A stretch of 62,506 nucleotides of DNA, filler included, from Klebsormidium nitens (GCA_000708835.1; 4 parts of 4 records of this genome joined end to end with filler, not necessarily neighbours in it), one strand, 5' to 3'; shown: positions 48,119 to 60,078, numbered from the whole stretch's first letter. The notes: a model not told the origin generated them from the letters alone. A program made the numbers and translations.

Positions 48119-51100
48119 ATGATGGATGCCAACGATCTTAGCACTAAGCTTGGCATTCAATGGACACCTGCTGGAGCAGCAGCAGCAGCATGTGAGTCTT
48201 CTGAGAAGGACCAGCTCGCAGCAGCAAGAGCTGCAATCCTAACGGTCTCTAGTGGGACTCTGGAGGGAAGCGAGTACAAACAGTGTGGCAACTGTCATGA
48301 GTGGAAGAAAAGGTCAACATGGTACGCTACTTGCTTCAAAGGGATTGACTGTGCAGCAGCTTCAATCAAGCCTGTACTAGAACAGGAAGGAAATGATGGC
48401 TCTGTGTTCAAGCGCCCGCGTCTGCATCACAATCAGGATCAACAGTCTTTCACAGAGGATGTTCAGGCTGTGGCAACACCAGCTGCTGAAGTGTCACCTG
48501 CTGAGTTTATTGCAAGACTGACCAGTCAAGAGGAGCATCAGCAGCAGATAAGTGGCTTAAGGGAGCACAATCTGAATGGCGGAAAGCGGGCCGATGGGAG
48601 TGCACAGTCCGAAGCAGGGACTGTGCATGAAGGAGTGCAGGAAGAGAAGGCCTGTGACAGTGGCTCTCGAGACCCCCAGGATGATCCGCAGAATGAATGG
48701 AGGGACTGGGATGGGGATGACGAGAACGAGAGTGAGGAGCTTAGTGATCAGCAGGGGCCTCAAAGAGACGCAGTAGAAGAAGAGGATTTTCAAGATCTAA
48801 GTTCGGATGATGAGCTCTCCGAGACTCAATCAGCAGATGAAGAAAATGAAATCAGTAGAGAGAGTCTGGAAGTCAAAATGGAAGAGTTGCTGCGATTGAT
48901 GAACGTTAGCGATCAAGAATGTGAGGAAGAAGACATGGATCATGATGCTGAGGGTGTGAGTGCATCTCTGGGAAACGTGAGTTGTGTGCCTTCCATCTTC
49001 TCATTCCTCTAGCATTGGCTGACCCATTTTGCGAGAGCAAGATTGTTTCTTCTGCGTTTGTTGTTGTTTGAGCTGAGATGTGCTTTTACGTTGGACTCCG
49101 CCAAATGATATTGCATCTGTGAAACCCTATGCCGATCAGGCAACTGTCGTGCGTCTGAAGCACTAGGCGAAGTCATTGTCCCATCCGCATGCTATTTGAT
49201 CAGGTAAAGGAACGTTCCCAAGATTTGATATGATTGTTCATTCAGTTTAGGCTAGCTCCATTTACACACTGAGACTTTTATCTTGTCCCAATCGCGTCTC
49301 AATTTGTCGGCCGCGGCGCAACTTGGAATTGAAAGGTTTACTGAAACACGCGTCCGCGGCTGCAGGATGCAAGCTCAGCGCAGCATCTGTGGCGCAACCG
49401 GCGCTTTCAACCGCTCTTTTCCGGCTCTTCCAGCACTGTCCTGGCAGCTGCCATGGAAGCGCTACAGGAAAAGAGAAGTGGGGGAATCGGCAACAACACT
49501 TTCGACCGCCAGTGCAAGCGCATTGCCAGACTTCTGCCACAACCGAACTTGTACCCGCCGTCGTTGTATGCCATGAAGCAGGTGGTGGGGGCTGAGGACC
49601 TGAGCCCCTATGTCGTACACTGTTGCGTCAACGACTGCGTTCGATTTGAACGCTTCCCGGAGAAAGAATGGCGCTTACACAAGGACGAATTGTGAGAGAA
49701 AGCTAGCTCTATTTCCTCAGCTGCCATGTTTTAGCGGTTGTTGTCACTTGAGAATACTTGCCGTCAAAAGAGTTGAAGAGTGCAGCATAGGTGACTTTCA
49801 CACATCCGCTTGAGCTCCAGGTATCCAGAAGAGCTTTTGCTTGCACTGCTAGCATTTTCCGCATTCAATCTGTTGTGTTGTTGCTGCTCATCAGCAGCAG
49901 GTTGAAGCATCTACGAGCAACCTTTGCCTGCCTCTTCATTGGGTTGGAAACACCTGCTTGTTGACAATCTTGGGTACAATTGATGATTGTGACCATTTTG
50001 GGGCCAAAGCTTGTATCTTCAGATGAGCCACAAGTATCGCCTCTTCATTGTCCTCCTCATCTTTGGCTGTAAGCATTCATGACATGTATGTCAAGCATAA
50101 TTCTCATAAGCAGAATTCTCCCTTCTGCCCTCAGGTGTCCAGCTTGCGACGAGAGGCGCTTTGAAGAGTACCGCACGCAAAAGGGGCCGCGCCTCCGGCC
50201 GCGCAACTATTGCATCGACTTCGGCTTCGAGAAGTCAATAAAGGAGCTCTGGGCTGACCCGGAATTCTGCAAAGCCAGAAATGAAGACGGGACGAGAGAT
50301 CCGTTCGGCGACGACTTTTGGGGGGGACGGTACGCTGCGGAAATAGACGCGAAAGTGGGGGGGGGGCTGTTTCGTAGGGAGAACGGAGGTTATGAAATAG
50401 GTTTTGATTTTGCAAAGCCCTACAAGGGTCTGCAATTTAGCATGGGCTTCGTGTTCCTCAGGTCTCTCGACCTCTCTAGTACGCGGCGCAGCGAGAAGCG
50501 CTTCCGACAAGTGCTGATCATTATCCGAGGGCCCAAGGAGCCGACGTGGATAGCGCCCTACTTTGAGGGGGTGCTGGGAGAGGCGGCCAAAGGAGGGACG
50601 CAAGGTGAGAAGCGAGAATTGAACCGCGCTGCTCTACTTACATGAAGCTGGTCTGTCTTACAAAATTCGGTGTCCTTGCCTCGCTTTCGTGGGCCCTTTT
50701 TGCCGACACCCTCGCTCCACCTGCTTTTTGCGAGCCCTGTTTGCCGCTCCCCGGGCCCTTTTTTCCGTTTTCCGGTCAATGCTTCTGCTCCTTGGAGTCT
50801 TCCGTCCGTTCTCTGAGCCGACTCTTCTGTCTCCCGGTCCCTTTCATCTGGTCCCCGGGCCCTCGATTCCACTTCCCGGGCCCTCACCTTGTTGGCCCCG
50901 GGCCTGCTTTTTTGCGCTCCCAAATTCTTTTCCGATCCGTTTCTTCCAGGTTCCTAGCCTCTTTCTGTGCTGGTTCGTGCCCTCTCTTTGGCCGCCTAAG
51001 CCGTTCCGTGCTAGCTGTTTATCTCCATCATCCGGCACCGCACCTCGTTGTCTCCTGCCGTGCGCATGAGCGCGCGCACACTTTTACCCGGCCTCATCTG

Positions 51101-54100
51101 CTCTTTTCTTTCGCTCTAGTTCTACCAAATGTTTTGACAGAAAGCCATCTGGGCTGCTGTGGAAAGACCGGTCAGGTCCAAATCCATCCACTCCCTTGCT
51201 TAAATAAGGGCCTGCAAACACTTCCACCTCATAAGCAAAAATGCCCGGTACAGTCACCCGGGTCATTCTTAGACCCCACCCTAGTACCCGGTGGGCCCGC
51301 TAGAGCGCCGGGTTGGAATTCCGGGCGGTTGGCCACACTCGTCTAAGTGCCTGGTGCTCCTTGAAGGCTTGCCCCGGTTTTCAAGGAGTGCCGAGGTTCT
51401 CTCCGTTCATGACCTTATAACAACCTCATGCGATGCGCTCTAGTTGCGTCCGCGCCGAATCTCTATCTGCAATTAAGTTTCTTTGACTCCGGCTGCTCAG
51501 TTTGAGAGCCTGAGCTGTGGCACAGGACACAAATCTTTGAAACTTTCGTATCCTAAGTTTGTTTTCAACCTAGCACCTTCCCGCCTGAAAGGGTCCGTAT
51601 CATGGCGCACCCACGGAGAAAAGGGAACGGAGTGAGAGCGAATCCTGTTTGTTTGGAACGAATGCTCCGCACTGAGAGTGAGTGATCCCCTTTGGTGCAG
51701 GTTTCGAGATCACTGTCGACAGCTCCACCAAGCAAACGACCCGCCACCGGACATACGTCTGCCTCATCAGCACGGACACGCTCGCGCGGAACGCTCTCCA
51801 GGAGTTCGTCGCGGCGACCGCATACCTGGGGTGCGGTTACTGCTGGTTCGAGGGGAGCAAGTACGAGGGACCCAAGCAGGGGGTATACTTCGCCGGTTAT
51901 GCCAAACCAGCTCCGCAACACATCCGGGGGGGGGGTAAAGGGCTACTCGCGGGGCAGGCGCCGCGGAGGACGCACGAGCAGCACTTAAGGCACGGGGAGG
52001 CGGTAGAAAATGAGGAGGAAAGTGAAGAGGAGACGGGGTATAAAGGGGTTTGTTGCGTGGCAAAATTCCTCCCGTACTTCGACGTCACGAAGGGCTTCCT
52101 GCTGCCTATCGCCCACGGATGCCTACTCGGAAACGTGAAAGACTTTCTGAACGTGGTCATGGCGGACTACAAATTGGAGGCGGACCGGCCGGAGCACGTG
52201 ATGACGAAAGCAAACCGGCGGAAGGTCGTGGAACGGCAGGGGGAAATCCGGTGGACGCATGAGCACGGGAGCCCTGGCAAGTGCGTCGTGAAGCACAGGG
52301 GCTCAATGACGATGTCGGAGCTGCTCCAGTTTGTCGAAACCAGCTCGGTGTACGTCATGCGGGGCTGCCTCACCCCGGAGCTCGACAAGGCCTGGCGTCA
52401 TCTGCGAGCGGTGGTGCTGCACTACTGCAGGATCACGGACGACGGGATGGACATGGAGCAGAGGGTGAAAGCGAAGCAAAACGCGCTCGCGTACGCCAAA
52501 ATTGTCGAGCAGGTGAAGAGCACGAGCGCATTCAAACTTTAAAGATTGGTCTTGTGATTTCCTCGTTTCACAACTTGGACCTCAGTGCTACAAACTACCT
52601 TCAGCCCTCCAGGGCGCCTTGCGGACCCTTTCTGGACAGTTTTCGACGCTTGCCTTGAGCTTCTCGGACGCTTCTGGGTTTGTCCTGCCGCTTTTTGGAA
52701 AATTGGACCCTTCCCGGCCGACCTTAATTAGACGCTTTTCCGGCCGCTTCCCGGCTGCCCATTCCGGACGCTTTTAACAGCTCTCTCGACGCTTTTTGCA
52801 CGCTTTCCTGTCCCTTTCGGCTGCTTATTCGGACGCTTCCCCGCCGCTATCCGGCCAATTATTCGGACGCTTTCCGCCAGCTTTCCGCCAGCTTTCCAAA
52901 GGCATTCCGGACGCTTCTGATTGCTTTCCTGACGTTTTCTGGACGCTCCTGCCGCTTTCCGGCTTCTTTTTCGGCTTTCCGGGCGCTGTCAGGCCGCTTT
53001 CCGGCTGCCCTTTCCGGACGCTTTTAACCGTTTTCTGTACGCTTTTTGGACGCTTTCGAGCCGCTATCAACAGTGTTCCTTCGGACGCTGTCCTACCACT
53101 TTCATGCTGCTATTTCGGAACGCTTTCGGGCCGCTTTCAAGCTGCTTTTCCGGACGCTTTCGGGCCGCTTTCATGCTGCTTTGTCGGACGCTTTCGGGCC
53201 GCTTTCGTGCTGCTTTTCGGACGCTCAAAATCAGTTCGCCCGTGCACGGCGCCTCCCCGATCTCAACGACCGATGTTTAGAGCTAACTTTCCTAGTTTAG
53301 GAAGATAACGATCGACGTGCTGCGCCCAATGCCCGCCCAAGCAGCTGCACACAGCCTCTCGCGTCCACTGGTCACACCGGCTCCGTTTCTGACACTTTTC
53401 AGTGATGCTCTCGAAACAAGCTGCCATTACAAAACACTGAACATCAAGAGGATTATTCTGAGCCGGAACTCTGATTCTTGATTGAAAAGCTGGTCCTCTG
53501 ATGAGGTCGGCAACCAGACGGATGAGGTCGGCAACCGCCCGTACGCCCCACTGATATATATCCTTACCAAGATGTATCATGTGGTCAATGAGCCTTCCGT
53601 TCTTCTAGTCGTTTTCTTACACCCGGCTGGGATTATGTGTTCGCTCTACTGATGCCCATTGAAATTCTCACCTCGTGCAGGAGATCGGACCGCACATGTG
53701 CAAGCTCAACTTGCACATGATCGTGAACCACGCTTTTGATCAAGAAACAGCAACCGGGGCCACCGCCAAGAGCCTGGAGTGGTGGGTGGAGCAGGGCGTG
53801 CAAGAAATGAAGCAGACGGTCGCCAACATGGGGCTGACGTGGCAGCCCGCCAAGGTCATCGGGAACGACGTACTGCTGAAGAAGGCGCTGATCAACTGCG
53901 CCATCGAAGTCCCCGAGTACGCCCCTCTCGTCGGGCTGTCCGAAGTTCCGGAGCCGGAGCAATTCAAGGGGCCGACAGACGAGCTTCAAGATGGGGTGCA
54001 GTTCCTGCACGTGGGCCGGAAAGTGCGGCTGGGGCAGCTCGGGGACGACGCTCTGGCGGACCTCGGCAGTTTTGCGGAGAGTGCGGAGTTCACCACCGAC

Positions 54101-54499
54101 CAGACGCGTTGGTCGGTGCACGAGTTCCGGGCCGCTCAGGTGCGGGGGGAGGGGTTCCAGGCGCGCGAGCACTACGCGACCAAGGTGCGGCACTCCTTCA
54201 ACGTCCAAGTCCGCGTCGCGTTGAAGCAAGGCAGGCAAGCGAAGCTTGCGTACGCGACTGTCCTCCGATTTTTTCGGGTGTTAGACGGAGTGACCGGGGA
54301 CCAGCTGCGGGTAGTGCAACTAGACGTTTTCGGACAGGCGAAGACGGAGAAGGGGCTAGATGTGATCGACGCCAGCCAGCCCATCATGTCCGGAAAGTTC
54401 TTTGACGTCAGCTGCCTGATCACGAAGTTCGTGTTCGTGAAGGAGAAGGGCAACGAGAAACGGACGTTTGTGCTTCCCTGTCGTTCGCGGGGACTCTGA
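48119..54499 (+). CDS. CACTA/EnSpm-type (CMC) DDE transposase, 5 exons, ~1094 aa, reading frame intact
   Basis: Exons 48119-48976, 49366-49691, 50135-50604, 51701-52512 and 53681-54499 are phase-consistent. Motifs: PLFSGS, LLPQPNLYPPSLY, HCCVNDC, CPAC..RF, GFDFAKPY, IIRGPKEP, STDTLAR, CGYC, IAHGCLLG, LHMIVNH, WWVEQ. Confidence 0.88.
52620..53230 (+). repeat. Degenerate ~35-bp minisatellite (core CGGACGCTTTCGGGCCGCTTTC) inside transposase intron 4
   Basis: There are about a dozen GGACGCT cores. The period is clearest at 53115-53225. Confidence 0.85.
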
Positions 54500-55149
54500 C
54501 CGGCGCGGCCGCCGTGGTTGAGACAAGTTGGATTGAGCTTAGACGAAAGAGCGAGCGTAAGATTCAAGAATGTATCTGGCGTGGTGCTTTGGTTGGACTG
54601 TTCCCTCCGGTCGAATGCGATTGAGGAACGCGAGTTGCATAAACAAAGATTGATAAAACCCTGCTGATCCCGAGTTAATCAAAGTTGAACCCTTGCGGAA
54701 GCAGATTAGCATTAAGTGGGTTGACCAGGACTTAGTCGATAAATCACATTGACTTCCGAGAGTCATTACTTTGCACGTGATGCCATTTGGTATTTGAAAG
54801 TGTTGGCGATCCTCTGAAGGTCATGAACACATGCATTGCATTTGCAGCCAGCAGGGATGCATGTGCAGCCACATGCATGCGGATGCAAGCCAGAACAGCC
54901 GGCTGGCTCATATGCATCATGTGTGATCATATGGTGGAATCATAGATCCGCCATTTTGCCTACAAAGTCTTTTGAACAGCAGCTTCAACTACGTATACTG
55001 TAGCGATTCGAGTCCACTTTCATGATGGATGAGCTACCGTCTCAAGCCCGGGTGTTGCATCTTGAGCGAAGACTTGGGGCAGCTGTGAACTAGAGCTTCA
55101 CATGCACGCGTGTCTCTAAGCTTTGAGGCTGTCAAAGGTCCTACTTTGA

Positions 55150-55321
55150 ATCCGCAGGCGATTCAGATGGGTTTCAGATGTCGTTCGGACCGTTCCCAGA
55201 TGTTTTCCAGACTTTCTGGACAGTCTGAACGGCGTCCGACGCATTCAGACTCGTTCCGGACGGGAGAAACTCGTTCAGACCGGATTCAGCTTTTGTCCAG
55301 ACAAAAGGCTTTCTCACAGTG
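55150..55321. repeat. Candidate right terminus of the CACTA-type element: TCAGA/TCAGAC-rich subterminal tract ending in CACAGTG
   Basis: The segment ends ...GGCTTTCTCACAGTG, whose reverse complement begins CACTG. It is preceded by short repeated motifs. No matching left TIR was found. Confidence 0.35.
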
Positions 55322-55421
55322 NNNNNNNNNNNNNNNNNNNNNNNNNNNNNNNNNNNNNNNNNNNNTTAATTAATTAANNNNNNNNNNNNNNNNNNNNNNN
55401 NNNNNNNNNNNNNNNNNNNNN
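55322..55421. other. Scaffold join: 100-nt N gap with TTAATTAATTAA linker
   Basis: Same construct as the other two joins. Confidence 0.95.
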
Positions 55422-55918
55422 GTAATAAACACAAGGGGAACACCCAGATTCTTAGTAGACATGTGCTGTACACAAGGGATTGTCATGAAGTTCGATTTGA
55501 GCCACTGCAATCATAAGCAACACCATGCTATTTATGCAAACGATTCAAACCACCATGCATGCTGTTGTGTCGAATGCTATATGTGGGTTCGGAGATTTGT
55601 GCCAGACTCGGGAGCTCAAGTGTGCAGAAACCATGCAAGACCCAAACGTATCATTGATTGAGGTACAGATACAATGTACATCTCTCTTCCCAGAAGCGAG
55701 AATGAGTTCTCGCTTCTAGAACTCCAGAAGCGTGCACTCATCTGCGTGCAGAGTGCATGAAAGCATGTCTTTGTGTCCTGTAATGGAGCAGCTATGAACG
55801 TGCCCATGCTTTGCTGCATAAGCTAAGTAACACTGTTTTAGTCCACTTTTTGCATGTGACGACGACAACATATGATGCCTTCAGATCCAACAACGCTTCT
55901 GTTCTGTTTTGCCCTTGC

Positions 55919-57677
55919 TCAAACTCTATCCTCCAACCACACAAAATTTGCCAACTCAAAGATCTTCAACATGACCTCTCTGGGAAGTCCTACACGGTGC
56001 TTGAGAACCACTCCCGCAATTGTCTGACAGTACAGAGCCTGCTCCAAGTGAAGGACTGTAGCAGGGTCTAGGTCAGCACTCGTATAACCCTCCTGAAGTA
56101 GCACCTGAGCACACTTGGGCCCTGTCTTGAGCATGTGTGGTGTGATCTCTTCACTGCTTTCGTCTTCACTTCTCCTTTCATACCCTTCGCGCAACTGGCG
56201 GAAAGTGTCCACGTCGTCATCTTCAGCTGCCATAGCAACAAAGTCAGACAACCTTTTCTGATCGTCCAAGAAAAGGTTCCAGAAGGCGTCTTTTGCATAC
56301 TCCAAGATCCACGGGAGGTTGTCCATGTCCAGGGTGCTTCCACTCCAAGGACACCCTTGCTCGAGCGCCCACAGGAATACAACCTTGCGCCCTTCCTCGA
56401 GTGCCCTGTCACATGTTGCTTCGTCCCAGACGTCCACCCACCAATTGATCTCCTTACAGGCCCACTCAAGCACATTCAAATGCCCTCCAGCTGCAGCAGC
56501 CGCACAGATGTCGGTGCTCCACTGCAACCCATTTGCAGCCAGCCACTGAAGGATGTCCACACGCCCACACTCCGCAGCGACCTCACCGATGTCCTCGCCC
56601 CAAGGGCAACCGTTCTCTGTGGCCCACTGTAACACATGGAGGTGCCCAGACTCTACAGCGACTTTGCAGGTCTTTTTGTCCCAAGGGCACCCGGCTGCTC
56701 TGGCCCACTGTATCACTTGAAGGTTCCCCTGCCTTGCCGCAGCTACGCAAGTGCCACCCCAAGGATACCCTTCTGCGCGAGCCCATTGCAGCACATTCAC
56801 GTGCCCTCCAGATGCCGCAAAACGGCAGATGCTGTCGTCCTTGGGGGTAGGTGCCCCATGCGAAATAGCCCATTGAAGCAGTTCTAGGTTCCCGCTATAT
56901 GCAGCATAGCTGGCTGTCTCATCTCCCCAAGGGCGGCCATTTGCTCTAGCCCACTTCAAAACATGGAGGTGACCATTCAAGGCTGCTAGATGACATGCAT
57001 GCTCGTCCCACGGACACCCATTCGCACGGGCCCACTGAAGGGTCTCCAGGTGCCCCCCCTCTGCTGCAGCGTGGCAGGTCCATTCATCCCATGGGCACCC
57101 GTTGGCACGGGCCCACTGAAGAATCTCCAGTGGCCCCCCTTCTTGCGGCCCTGTGGCAGGTCGAATCATCCCATGGACACCCTTGCGCCCTGGCCCACAT
57201 CAGCACCTCCATATGCCCTCCTGCCGCCGCGCTCGCACAGGTTTGCTTATCCCATCCAACACCATTGGCGCGGGCCCACTGCAGAACAGCCAGGTGGCCA
57301 TCGTATGCTGCAGCAGAGCATGTGTTTTTGTTGTAACGGCCCCCCAAACACCCCTTCTTCTTAAGCCACTGCAGGATGTGGAGGTGTGCTCTGCTTGCAG
57401 CAGCGGGGGAGATAAACTGGTCGCAGTGGTAATAGCGCAGTAACCCTTTTGCTTCTGTCCATTCTATGACCGGTAGTTGTCCACCTTTTGCTGCAGCAGT
57501 GCACAGCTTGTCGAGGAGATCGTGGTCACCTCGGACTGTAAACTCCGTGCTTCTAAAGACCGTACCCTGCTCTGCTCTCAAGCGCCAAACACGTTTCTCG
57601 TCTGCCTGACACCATGACTCCAAGGTTTCCAAGTTCCCGGCCTCTGCTGCAGCAACCACTTCTTCAGGAGTAGGCAT
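55919..57677 (-). CDS. Ankyrin-like repeat protein (GHL.VLQWARANGCPWD type), intronless, ~585 aa if one frameshift near 57140 is corrected
   Basis: More than 10 tandem ~25-aa repeats of the form C..AA.GGHL..LQWA...GCPW are spread over ORFs 57084-57677 and 55919-57169. The two ORFs overlap in different frames next to a C6 run (57134-57139). Confidence 0.85.
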
Positions 57678-58210
57678 CCTTGCTGAAGCCGCTGGTACGG
57701 TAGCCCCGCTTTCCTGGCCGCGGCTCTTATGGAGCAGGCCTCTTATTCCAATTCTTCGACAAATGAACGAACCAGAGTATCACTGGCAGAATTTAGAGGC
57801 AAGCCGCACGCATGGTTTCCCGGATCGGGGTCGATATGGCTTTCCGTCGAACCCGGGCACGAGTCTATGTATGCGGAAACGTGCGGATGATGTACGGTTC
57901 AGAAAGTGGATGTCAGAAGTTTTCGCGCCGTTTTTGGAAACGTGAGCACCGTGACGTACCTCCCGAGGCACAAACCAAACGTCCGGACTTGAAGTAAGTA
58001 CCCCGAATAACCCCGGTCCGGCCTGAAGAATATATATCCCGGTTGGGAATTACCTTTTCCGGCATAGTCGGGCACGCACGGGTGTCGATACTAAGATTTA
58101 GGAATCGTGGGGCACTGGCTCAGCTTCAAGTCCACTAAGCTTCGACGCAGAGCACGTATAAAGGGACAGGAGCCCACCTTTCAATCTCAAAACTTTGCCC
58201 CCAAGGGAGG

Positions 58211-58828
58211 ATGACGGACCACAAAAATTTCCTCCCCCCAGCCCGGGACAACCCCGTTGACTTGAGGGTACTAGGTAGCGTTGACCAAGCGACCCTGATC
58301 AGGACATGCCACTGCTGCAACAATGCTGCTTTCGTAGTGGTCAACGGCCAGATCAGAGTCTCTCCACAGGCAGTGTCCTCAACTCTCAGAGCCGGGTTCT
58401 TCATCTGTACTGGCTGTCCTCCCCCAGAAATTGCTAAGATGACAGGCAAACCAAAGCAGGCACGTGGTAGTAAGAAGGCCCGCCCCCATGTTCGAACCTG
58501 GTGCATTAGGTGCTTGACAATGCGAATTCCTGGTGGCTTCGAGAGTGCATTCAGGCAACGGGAGGATGGATCCTGGGAGCAAATGCGCTCTAACTGCTGG
58601 CATTGTGTTTCTTCGTCTACCACAACATGCAACTCAAGTTGCCCGCGTAAGGTAGTTGCGGAAGAACGTTCCAGAAAAAGAAAGCGGGCAGCAGAGGAAA
58701 TTGCAAGTACTTTGGTGAGCGAAGAGGAGGAAGAACAGCCTACACTGGTTGCCCCTGGGATCCTTTTACGGTACAGTGCGGAGGAGGGTTGGTACTCAAT
58801 AGCTGCCCCATTTGTTAATCATTGTTGA
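58211..58828 (+). CDS. Uncharacterised Cys-rich protein, 205 aa, intronless
   Basis: The ATG-initiated ORF has CHCC, CTGC, CIRC and CWHC pairs, a basic RSRKRKR stretch and an acidic EEEEE stretch. Confidence 0.5.
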   Translation: MTDHKNFLPPARDNPVDLRVLGSVDQATLIRTCHCCNNAAFVVVNGQIRVSPQAVSSTLRAGFFICTGCPPPEIAKMTGKPKQARGSKKARPHVRTWCIRCLTMRIPGGFESAFRQREDGSWEQMRSNCWHCVSSSTTTCNSSCPRKVVAEERSRKRKRAAEEIASTLVSEEEEEQPTLVAPGILLRYSAEEGWYSIAAPFVNHC

Positions 58829-58935
58829 GAGTGACACTTATGCTGCGAGATTGTAGGTGGTAAGCGAGGTGAATATGGACCAATCGGTAAGTTATGCCAC
58901 AAAATTGACAATTTACAATGTCACTTGCAATATGG

Positions 58936-59011
58936 TGTGTGGATATTATCTTAAGCATTGCATTCATGAAATATGTTGTGTGGATATCATCTTAAGCATT
59001 GCATTCATGAA
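58936..59011 (+). repeat. 35-bp direct repeat, period 41
   Basis: TGTGTGGATATYATCTTAAGCATTGCATTCATGAA occurs at 58936-58970 and 58977-59011. Confidence 0.9.
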
Positions 59012-59079
59012 GTGTCATGGCAATGTGGTACGACGTTAGACAGAAACACATATGAAGCAGATTGTTTTCACGTTTTGGT

Positions 59080-60078
59080 TCAAAGAGATAATTTCCGTTG
59101 CACAGTGGCTTTATATCCAGCTTCACAATAGCCACATTTCTGCAAGTTCACCAGAAACCTACCATGCCGTTCTAATGCTTGCTCAAGCCACAATGTGCCA
59201 ATGGTCTTGAAACGTAACCTGTTCATTGGTAATGCAAACAGACTATCGAGGTCCGAAAATCCCACGTCGATCTCATCTCTTGATGGAGTCCCCAGGGTGT
59301 CGAGACTGGTCATCTGCAGCAGAGCGCTGTAGACATGCTTGCTGGTAATTCTATTGTCAAAGAGGCAGTCGCATTGCCCGTCCCCTATCACAAGAACCGA
59401 AAGCTGGCGCAATGATGGCAGATGACTGGCTAGCACCTTCCCAGCTTCACCCCGCAGATTGTTCTTGCTGAGGTTCAGCATTCGCAATGAGCCAACTTTC
59501 GCAAGTGCCACCAGCAGAATCTTCCATGTTTTTGGGTCTGCCTTGGGCTCATCCTTCGCTCTACACAGGAACTCGTGGTATGCGACCCAACCTATGCTGC
59601 ATGCTGAGAGGTCCAGCGTCTCCAATGCTGAAAGACTCGGCAGTGCTGCTGCGAGCATTTCTGCCTCTCTTCGCAGGATGTTGTTATACCTCAGAGAGAG
59701 GAACTTGAGCTGGGAGAAGTTTCTGAGGCTCTCAGCAAGAGACTCAAAGTCTGCAGGGTTAACTCGGATGATTAGCTTGTTGAGCCGCACAAGCTGATCG
59801 AAGTTCCGGAGAGAGGCATGGTATCCTGAAGTTTGCTGATAGGAGGTCAGGCTACTGAGCTTTTCGAACCCAAAGTCAGCAAGTACCTGGGTCCACTGTT
59901 CTTCAACCAGGAGAGACGAGACGTTTGGCAGCACTTCTAAAAGCTCCTCAGGAACCTCCCCGCTCTCACAACAGTGACGAAGCAGGTTCCCGACCCGACG
60001 CTCTTCAGGCATGGGAAATGGTTCCTCATCAGGGCTATCGAGCCACCTTAAAAGGAGTGAAGAATCGGCTAAGGCCAT
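59080..60078 (-). CDS. Leucine-rich repeat protein (RNI-like LRR), apparently intronless
   Basis: LKFLSLRYNNI...LAAALPSLSALETLDLSACSIG and LRMLNLSKNNL...LASHLPSLRQLSVL fit ~28-aa RNI-type LRRs. The first ATG is at 60078 and the ORF is open to 60144. Confidence 0.75.
   Translation of the reverse strand: MALADSSLLLRWLDSPDEEPFPMPEERRVGNLLRHCCESGEVPEELLEVLPNVSSLLVEEQWTQVLADFGFEKLSSLTSYQQTSGYHASLRNFDQLVRLNKLIIRVNPADFESLAESLRNFSQLKFLSLRYNNILRREAEMLAAALPSLSALETLDLSACSIGWVAYHEFLCRAKDEPKADPKTWKILLVALAKVGSLRMLNLSKNNLRGEAGKVLASHLPSLRQLSVLVIGDGQCDCLFDNRITSKHVYSALLQMTSLDTLGTPSRDEIDVGFSDLDSLFALPMNRLRFKTIGTLWLEQALERHGRFLVNLQKCGYCEAGYKATVQRKLSL

Noticed and set aside
50642-51346. 234-aa ORF as a separate gene
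   Set aside because: It lies within transposase intron 3 and is low-complexity Pro/Phe/Leu text from a pyrimidine-rich strand.
52620-53230. CRISPR array
   Set aside because: There are no constant repeats with unique spacers. It is a degenerate minisatellite in a eukaryotic intron.
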